From assembly GCF_009914755.1 (NCBI RefSeq), contig NC_060926.1: a stretch of 64,000 bases of DNA; one strand, given 5' to 3'. Both the position numbers and the translations under genes were made by a program. The first letter of the stretch is position 1; each line of letters opens with the position of its first letter. The stretch comes from the human T2T-CHM13v2.0 reference genome, Homo sapiens. The notes beneath the pieces were generated by a model that was given only the letters and a program-made list of their open reading frames with translations, was not told the DNA's origin and ran no database searches. Shown piece after piece: positions 54,801 to 64,000 of this stretch.

Positions 54801-54977
54801 TGTTAGTGAAGGTCTTTGTTAAAAAGCAAATAAATAAGTGGAAATCCAGTTAATGTAAGATATTTTGGTTTGTGAATTTTATTTGCCTTTCTGCTCTAAG
54901 AAGTTTCCCTGAGGACAGGCAGACAAGTTTGCCATTGAGTGATGAAGAGAAGCGTCAGCTGAGGGATGGTCTCCTGA

Positions 54978-55157
<180 letters not shown>

Positions 55158-55168
55158 TAGTCAGCCAC

Positions 55169-55540
55169 AGTTAGGCACTGAATTGTGTCTCCCCAAAATT
55201 CACATGCTGAAGCCCTAATTCCCAATCCCTCAGAATGTGGCTGTATTTGGACATAGGGCCTTTAAAGGGGTGATTAAGGTGAAACCTGATTGGTGTGTTT
55301 ATAAAAAGAAGACACACAGAGGGACACAGGAATGTGCATGCAAAGAGGAAAGACTGTGTGAGGACTTCGTGAGAAAGCGGCCACCTGCAAGCCAAGGAGA
55401 AGAGGCCCCAGAAGAAACCAAACCTGCTGACACTTTGATCTTGGACTTCTGGCCTCCAGAACTGTGAGAAAATAAATTCCCATTGTTTAAACCACCCAGC
55501 CTTTGGTATTTTGTTATGGCAGCCCTAGCAAATTAATGCA
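55169..55540 (+). mobile_element. MLT1A/B solo LTR
   Basis: CTGAATTGTGTCTCCCCAAAATTCA...CCTCCAGAACTGTGAGAAAATAAA...TTTGTTATGGCAGCCCTAGCAAA; TSD GCCAC/ACCAC. Confidence 0.88.
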
Positions 55541-57105
55541 ACCACCAAGCCTGTTGCAAAGGATTTTTCTTCCAAGCAGATTCCTGTTTGATGGTAGGAG
55601 CCAGTATCCTCCCCATTGTTGTAGCTGGAGGGGGCCAAGGCAGAGAAGACTGCCGGCCCTGGGCCCTTGGTGCAATGGGGCAGTGACAGCAATGGGACTG
55701 AGAGGGAGCCACCTCCACAGAACCCCCAGCATGCTCCCCATAGCAGCTGAGTGCTTGTAGAGCTGTGCCAGGAACCCAGGAAGATGCAGGTGGAAACATT
55801 TGTTCTAGAATCTTCGGAGCAGTGATTTGGGCTATGCTCAGGAGTGTTCATTCTCTTTTCCGTGGATCTTCACAAAATATCCGAGAACTAAATCTGAAAC
55901 GTCTCTAGTAAGGCCACGTGATGCGTGCGTCTAGCACCCACGAGTGAGGAGCCGGAAACATTCTCCCGCGCCAGCTCTGCGGGGTTCTGGCTACTTGTGC
56001 TTGGGTGTAAATGCTCGCATTGCGTTTTCTGTTCCTGCCACATTGCACGCTTCAGCCTGAATGCAGCGTTATCGCTGCTGTGGGAATTTTTGACAACTTA
56101 TTTATGAGTATTAAGATCCTGGAGTCTTCCCCCACCAAAAAAAGGGGGTAGCTATGCCTGCACTTGGAGATGTTTCCAGGATGGCAGCCCTTGTGGGGTC
56201 CAGTCACCCAGGGCTGGCAATAGATGCTGTCTCCCTTGTGCACCCAGGCTGGTTTGAAGTGTGCTGACGGGGACTTGCGGAGACAGCCAGGCAGAGGGAG
56301 AAAAAAGGTGGTAGGGTTGCTCCAGGTCACACAGGCCACCGCAGAAGCAGGCCTGGCTACATGGAAGGGAGCAGGGTGGCGGCATCTCAGGTGTCAGGGC
56401 CGGAGCAGCAGAGGTCGAGGCCTTCCGAGGCCCCTCCCCAGGCATCTGCTGAGACCCTCCCTTGTGCCAGGCCCTGTGCCTTCCCGACGCCGGGGACTGG
56501 AGCTAGAGGCATCTGGTGACAGGAACAGGAGGAGGTTAAAGCAGTCCGTGCCCTGAGTGAGCGCAGGGTGCAGAGTAACCCTCACATGCACAGTGACTGG
56601 TGTAGGATGATGTTTGACCAATGCTGAACTCATATGGGCTCTGAGCCCAGAGGGGCCAGGTCTTTGGAGTCTGGAATGACTAAGGCAGGCCTTTCCTGTG
56701 AGAAGTGGTGGCTTTGAGCTGTGGGGACCTAGAGAAGAGACAGCCAGAGGTTCTTAATTCTTTCCTTCATCTTCCTCTCCTTTGATTCTGATCCATTAAG
56801 TGGTTTTGGCATGGTTCTGGGGCCCTTCCCCTCCAGGACCCCTGCGGTGTGAGTGCTACTCCTTTGGCCCCATGGATCACCCCTCAACCCGTCACCTTGT
56901 GTTCCCCGAGGTGGGGGTGCCTCTGGAATTCCCTGTTCTGCTTTTAGGAGTGTCACAAGGATTGTAACAGCGTCCCACTGGTGCTGGATGGCCAACAATA
57001 AATTCCCAGGCTCTGAAGCACCAGGAACAAGGTCCCTGCAGTAAGATGAAAGGTCCCCTCCTTGCCTGGCAAGACCTATTATCTGGGACTCTAAAGAAAA
57101 CGTAA

Positions 57106-57535
<430 letters not shown>

Positions 57536-57564
57536 TTACTCAGCAGACACCAGGGACCTACTGG

Positions 57565-59400
57565 AAGCTCATTTATTCAGCTTGCCCACTTGCTCATTAA
57601 TTTAACACATTTGTATTGAATGTCTGCTTTCTGCAAGGCACTGGTGCTCCCACTGGAGCTGGGCTGGCAGACTGTTTCTATAAAGTAAGTATTTTAGGCT
57701 TTGAGGGCCATTTTGTCTGTTGCAACTACTCAACTCTTGTAGAACAAAAGCAGCCATAGACAATACATAAACACATGGGTGTAGCCTTGTTCCAGAAAGA
57801 CTCTATTGACAAAACCAGCTGCATTTGGCCACAGGCTATCGCGTGCTGGCCCCTGGACTATGTACAGAGGTAATCCTCTATCTACATAGAGCTTATGCTC
57901 TAGGCAAGGAAGACAAGAAATTAATCATATAATCACAAACATAAATTATAATTATGAACACGTGTTCTCATAGCTCTACAGCCAGGATGGTATGTGGCAA
58001 CCTCACGTCAAGAACTGCTTCCCTCAAGAGTTGCTGCTTTTGTTGGCATCAGAATCAGCATGAACCAGGTGAAGAGAGAGAGGAACCAGCATGTGGAAAC
58101 ACCCTGCAGTACAAGTGCAGCATCCCAGGAATGGAAAGAAGGCCAGTGGTCATAGTGGAGAGGAGAACGGGGACAGGGGTGAGATGAGGCAGGAGAGGAC
58201 ATGCAGCTGGTGCATGCATGGTCTTGGAGCCATGCTGTGCCTCCAGTCTTTATCTGAGTCTAATGGTGAAGGCTAACGCAGAGGAGAAACAGGATCGGAT
58301 TTGCACTTTGCTGCAACATGAAAGCAGATTGGGGAAGAGCAAGCAAGGATTCAGGAGAACCAAGTGAAAAGACTATTGCAAGAGAGGACAGTGGCAGTGG
58401 GGAGGTGAAGAGAAGTAGCTGGAGGTAAGAGGTATGTCGAGGGGTCATAATGGGCTGGGTATGGAGGGAGAAAGCCTCCACAGGATGGCTCCTAGGTATC
58501 AGGGTTGTGCCTGATTAGATGGTTACATCTAGATATAAGATGGTTGGTGTGCTCTATTCTGAGACAGGAAGCACTGGAGAAGCCCAGAGTTCTTTGCTTT
58601 GATTTGTTTGGGTGAGAGGAAGAGGCATGATCAGTCTGAGTTGCCTTTGAAACATCACATTAAAGGTGTCAGATAAGTAGGTGAGATGTACAGATCCGGA
58701 GCTCAGAGGAGAGGTGGGACTGGAGAGAATATGTTTTGGAGAGTCATCAGCATATGGAGAGTGATTGAAGCCTTGAGCATGGATTAGATCATCCAGGGGA
58801 AGAAGAGAATGGAGTAAAAAAAGAGAAGAGGGCCTGGCAAAACATCTTCTAGGAGCTCTGATGTCTAATAGCCAGGGAGGCAGGGGTGATTCGGCAAAAT
58901 GGGGAAATGACGACCAATGAAGCAGGATTAAAAACAGGAGATTGTTGTGTTGTGGAAGCAAAGGGAAGCAAGGGCTTCAAGCAAGACTTGCATTCAGCCT
59001 GTATGCGCAGGCACAGTGAGACTGGCCACGGATGCCCAGTGACCATTCTGACTTGTCGGTGCATGCACTGTGATAGTGGTTAGTGCCCATGCCACATCAG
59101 TTGTTAAACTTGATTTTCATCCCTGCTTTCAAGGAGTGGCCACCAGTGTTGAAAGCTTCTGGGATAGCACACAAGATAAAGAGTGGAAACCGTCCATTGG
59201 ATTTAGCACCATGGAGGACACTGGTGACCTTAACAAGAGAACTTTGGATAGAGTGATGGGCTAAGGGGTGAATGGGAGGTGAGGAAGTTGACAGGAGGCC
59301 TAGGCAGCCTTTCCAGAAGTTTCACCATGAAGCAGAGGAGCTAAGCAGGACAGGTAGAGGAGAAGCTGGAAGGGTATCCTGGAGTCAAAATTTTACTTTC
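57565..59400 (-). mobile_element. L2 (long, interrupted)
   Basis: ACATTTGTATTGAATG 3' end; GCTCAGAGGAGAGG, GGAGAGTCATCAGCATAT, CCATTGGATTTAGCA. Confidence 0.75.
57659..57855. mobile_element. MER58A hAT MITE
   Basis: GTAAGTATTTTAGGCTTTG...TGCAACTACTCAACTCT...AAAGCAGCCATAGACAATAC. Confidence 0.85.
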
Positions 59401-59693
59401 AAATGTTGAAATGATGAGAAGTATTTGTTCAACATACCTACTGTGTATTTATTCAGTTAGCAAACTGTGTATCTCATTCATTTATTCATTACTTGATCCA
59501 ACATGCCTATCTCAACCTTGAGTAGGATATTTATTATGAGCACTAAATTTATTTTATTTCATTTCCTTCTTTCCTTGTCAACAGCCATTTATTGAGCATG
59601 TATTATTTGCCAAGTACTGGACCAGGTCCCAGTGATAGAGACATGAATAAGTTATAGCCTGTGTGTTCACGGGGCTTATAGTTTTTTCTAGTG

Positions 59694-59901
59694 CAGTGGT
59701 TCTCAACCAGGGATGATTTTGTTCCTTTCCCCATCCTAGGAGACATTGGGCACTTATCTGGGAACTTATCTGGAGATATTTTTGTCATGATGTAGGGGGG
59801 AAGGGATGCTACTGGCCTCTAGTGGGTGGAGGCTAGAAATGCTGCTAAGCATCTTAAAATGCACAGAACAAGCCCATTACAAAGAATTATCTTGCCCCAA
59901 A
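59694..59901 (+). mobile_element. MER20 hAT transposon
   Basis: CAGTGGTTCTCAACC...TGCTACTGGCCTCTAGTGGGTGGAGGC...ATGCTGCTAAGCATC...CAAAGAATTATC. Confidence 0.88.
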
Positions 59902-60054
59902 CAAGAATGGGGTGAAAATGGCTAGATTAATATGTGCATGTGGTAACTACAGGAGCTCAGAGGATGAGCACTTGGACACACAGTGGAGCTGGCCAAGCAG
60001 AAGATGAGGGACAGACAAGACAGGTGGAGGCCACAGGTGTGGAAAGGCATGGAG

Positions 60055-60265
60055 CCGTGAAGGGAGCATCGTGCAAACTCAGGAGCTTCCCGTGAAGGGA
60101 GCATCGTGCAAACTCAGGAGCTTCCCGTGAAGGGAGCATCGTGCAAACTCAGGAGCTTCCCGTGAAGGGAGCATCGTGCAAGCTCAGGAGCTTCCCGTGA
60201 AGGGAGCATCGTGCAAACTCAGGAGCTTCCCGTGAAGGGAGCATCGTGCAAGCTCAGGAGCTTCC
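60055..60265 (+). repeat. 35-bp minisatellite (VNTR), 6 copies
   Basis: Unit CCGTGAAGGGAGCATCGTGCAA(A/G)CTCAGGAGCTTC; order A-A-A-G-A-G. Confidence 0.98.
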
Positions 60266-60459
60266 AGCAGTTCCGGGCAGAGGCACCGTGACTGATAAGG
60301 GCGGAAGTTTGCAGAGTAGCTGTGGCCATAGATATCATACCAAGTATCTTGGATTTTGTGTCTGCGCTGAGAGGCCACTAAAGGATTTCAAATGAGAGGA
60401 AACCAGATTGGTGTCTTAGAAAGATCGTCCCGGTGGCTGACAAAATCAAACAATAATCA

Positions 60460-60680
60460 CCAACATCTGTTAAGAATCAAATCTGTGTCCAGCACTTTTT
60501 TGAGTACTTTATTGTATTATCCTGTTTAGTCTCCCAGCAACCCAATGGAGGAAACACTCTTGTTATCCCCATCTCACAGCTGAAGAGACTGAGGCAGAGG
60601 GGTCGGGTAGCTTGCTTGACATTACGTGAGTAGTAACTGCAGGGCCAGGATGTGGCTCCCAGACTGGGCGTATAAACAAA
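60460..60680 (-). mobile_element. MIR
   Basis: TTATCCCCATCTCACAGCTGAAGAGACTGAGGCAGAGG. Confidence 0.75.
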
Positions 60681-61313
60681 CATGAGATGCCCTGTGGTTC
60701 TTTCTGTCTCCCACTTTGGGTCTGAGCTCTGGGACTAGATTTGAGCAGCCACAGGATCTCAATTCATAATTCATGTTTCAACACTTTTGCAGCTGCTCTA
60801 AAAATTCTATGCCTCTAGCCTTAAAGAGTACGGCTTTGAGGTAACCACTTCTTGTTGATTAGGAGTTCTCGCGTAGCTGTTAATTTTTCTAGGTGCTCTG
60901 GCTGAAATGCCCTATCGACAGAGAAACACTTGAGTGAATTGTGCTGATGGGAAGTCAAATTCACTTTTTGCTGCCTAAGCCTTTTAAATGGACCCGGTAT
61001 CCATACGTGACCCCTCTACCTTGTATGACTCGCTCTGCCTTCTCTATCAGCTACTTCACCCCACTATCCAGTGTACCCCTTCTTTATCTTTGCTGGGGGG
61101 GCAGGGGGGCGGGAAATAGATGACTTTGCCTAATAAAATTTAAAGTAGATCTCAGTGCACAAAGCTGCATCGTTAGCCAGCGATGATCCTGCTTTTCAGG
61201 GTTTTTAATTGCGGTGGTTCCCTGCTCTGCATTAGGAGCCCTAATGAGAAGTGACACCCGCTTCTGACCCAGGACTGATGGCCCCTAGGGAGAGGGAAAC
61301 TGAGGTTCCCAGG

Positions 61314-61401
61314 TATTAGTTTGGTGCAAAAGTAATTGCGGTTTTTGCCATTTTTTTTTTTTTAATGACAAAAATGCAATTACTTTTCCACCAACCTAAT
61401 A
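61314..61401. mobile_element. MADE1 (Hsmar1-derived MITE), miR-548-type hairpin
   Basis: TA-TTAGTTTGGTGCAAAAGTAATTGC...GCAATTACTTTTCCACCAACCTAA-TA. Confidence 0.93.
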
Positions 61402-61849
61402 GAAGGGGCTGCACCTGTGTTCCTTCCACCCATGAGAAGAGATTTTTGTCTGAATCTCAGCTGCTGAGGGAGGCAGGTGACTGACAGGTGGGACTCAAGG
61501 ATGACTCCCACCTGGCAAATTTCAGCAGCACTCCTCCCATTTGGAAAGAAGAGCCCAGACACATTTTTATATGTATGTAGGCTTTTAAATACATGTGTCT
61601 CTCTCTTTTTGAAAACATTGGCAGAGTTCTGGCAAAGCATAGGAAATGCTACCTGGTCTGTGATCTGGAGGGAGCTCCCTCCTGAGAGGAAACAGGCTCT
61701 GTCTATGCTACACTGGATGGCTGGCCTAGCCTGCTGCCGGTGGGTTCTTTGAGGCTGGTCTATCACCTGTGAGTTCACAGCCCCAAATGATCCCCAACTG
61801 ACAGAAAGAGCCCCAGGCTGTGGCCTCTGTCACTAGGGAGTCTGGAGGG

Positions 61850-61990
61850 GCAGCCAGCTCTGATTTCTAGGCTTCTTCCTATAATGATTCCGTGGTAGGA
61901 CAGAGAATTCTCTGGGCTTCCGTTTTCTCATCTGCAAAATATAGGGGTTGTTGGACTGAAGACCTTCTAGTGTCCCTAGCGGCTTTGACT
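61850..61990 (+). mobile_element. MIR (MIR3/MIRc-like)
   Basis: CTCTGGGCTTCCGTTTTCTCATCTGCAAAAT...TTGGACTGA. Confidence 0.6.
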
Positions 61991-62201
61991 GGTGGATTAA
62001 ATCAGACCTTTGACAGGATAAGGACTGCCCATCAGTGCTAAGAAATTAATCTTATGCCCAAACATAAGGCAGTTCCCCACTTTCCCAAAGAAAAGCTTTC
62101 CAAAAACTTTTTAGCCAACCTGAATATATTAAATTTTTTTGAATATAGATGCAACAAAAAAGTATACTTACAATGTTTAATTATTTTAGTTTCAAATGTT
62201 A

Positions 62202-62368
<167 letters not shown>

Positions 62369-64000
62369 TGTTAATTTAGAAATATTTCCACTTATATTTC
62401 ATGAGTAATTATTCAAACTTGTTCTGGGCAGCTTTGCCTCCCATGTTTTTTTTTCAGTGTAGTTTTTTTTTTTTTAATCACTAGAGTGACTTTTTGAGTC
62501 CTCTGACAATTTTTTGGAACGTCATGGCACTTTTTGAATGTGAGGATTAGACCTTCCCTGGGAATTCTATCCCAAGTTGAAGCAGGTGTTTTTGGCTTTT
62601 TTTTTTTTCATTTGGTTTATAGGTAAATATTCACAGTCTCTTTGCAATAATTTGTTATGATTCTTGTTAAAGTGACCTTCAAAAGTCTGTTTATAATAAC
62701 ATACAGACACTAAAATTTATACTACATCATATTTGTGTTAATTAGAGTCTTCTTACTGATACAGAATCTATCAGTGGATATATTCGATATCTTGAATAGA
62801 AGGCAACACCTTGTTGAGGGCTAATGAGGGAGGAGGGAAAAGATGGCATAGACAAAAAATTTTACTGTACAAAATTCTCATTTAAAACCCCTCAGCTTGT
62901 TATATTGCACGTATAAGCATTTCTGTAGTGGCTGTTTGGTAGCCTATGTCTGTGAATGTAGGCAGAGGTCTCTTGATGGAGCCCAAAGACAGAACACCGG
63001 GTCTTCTGCTGAGTCTTTTGGGCCCCGCAAGAACTCTGACCAACATCCTTCACCACTTTCCAAACACAAGGAGCCGTAAGCCCCTTCTGACCACCTTTCT
63101 GCCAATCTGCTGTTGGGCTTTTGTGTAGTTTAATGAGCATAGAGTCATTTGGAAATATGCACTGCGCTTCACAAAAAGAAAGAGTAATATAATCAGAAAT
63201 GATTATATTTCAGCACTTCAGCACTATTGCTACTATTAATGTCCATTATCACTGTATTACCTGAAATGTGTTTAACAATCACAGTCACTAATCAAGGTGC
63301 CTGTCCTGGAAAATGTGTATTCTCTCCATCTGGATCACACTATGTATTGTGCTGTTACTGTTTTAAATTTTTTTCAGATAATTGGAACCTGCTACTTCAT
63401 ACTTTGAAAAGTAATGTAGCGGGTGAAGCCCTGAGAGGTTCAAAGCCTATGCTTCCATCAGGGAAATAATGCAATTTCCATGCAAAATGATTATAATATT
63501 ATTCAGTGATTACATGGGGGTGGAGGGTAGTCTGTTTTTGTTAGACTTTTGAAAGTGGCAAATTGAATTCCATCCAAGTAATCAGAGGTTATGAGTTTCC
63601 AGCACAGTGTGTTTGCACTTGTTGGAGGCTCATTTCCCCAGGGTCTCTGCAAGCCCGGAGCCCCCGGAGCCCCCAGAGCCCTTGCTGACCACTTGGGACA
63701 GACGTGAAGGGCCAGGGAATTAATTCCCCGCCAGCAGCTTTCAGCCCATGATAAATGGGAGGTGGAGGAAACACTCCAGCTGCCTTCGGGGGGGATAACT
63801 CTGAGACCCCCTCCTCCCTGTCTCCCACAGGTCCCCAGTGGGTGAGATTGGCCCCACTTGCCTGCTCATTTGGAGCAATCTGTGTTGACTTCCTTCACTC
63901 CCTCCCGTCCCCACTCCCCTGCCTAAGCTTTCTGAACCACTGTTCAAACAGAACACTAGCCTCAGATCCTCATCTAGGTTCTGCTTGACAAGAGAGGCAC

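Noticed and set aside
59010-59140. Possible small DNA-transposon fragment inside L2
   Set aside because: Could not assign family or termini by eye
60055-60265. CRISPR-like array (35-bp repeats)
   Set aside because: Head-to-tail units without spacers, no cas genes, primate DNA

Overview
Primate (human or great-ape type) genomic DNA; I could not support any intact protein-coding gene. The window is a mosaic of interspersed repeats: Alu J/S/Y and FLAM, one 3.9-kb 5'-inverted L1PA3-type insertion, old L1M, L2, CR1/L3, MIR, MaLR LTRs, and the DNA transposons MER5A, MER6B, MER46C, MER58A, MER20 and MADE1. Between them lie repeat-free blocks that look regulatory. Repeat orientation bias and (TG)n strand bias suggest a long intron of a + strand gene, which I cannot name. 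The only long non-artefactual ORFs are dead L1 ORF2 fragments. I found no convincing novel multi-component system. Best leads: a 42-nt frame-preserving candidate exon (3371-3412), a 1.3-kb UG-rich tract with an embedded donor site, a local duplication differing by a microsatellite, a 35-bp VNTR born in an L2, perfected palindromes, a CArG cluster and a miR-548-type MADE1 hairpin. Repeat families were assigned by eye from remembered consensus sequences, and boundaries of old repeats are approximate.
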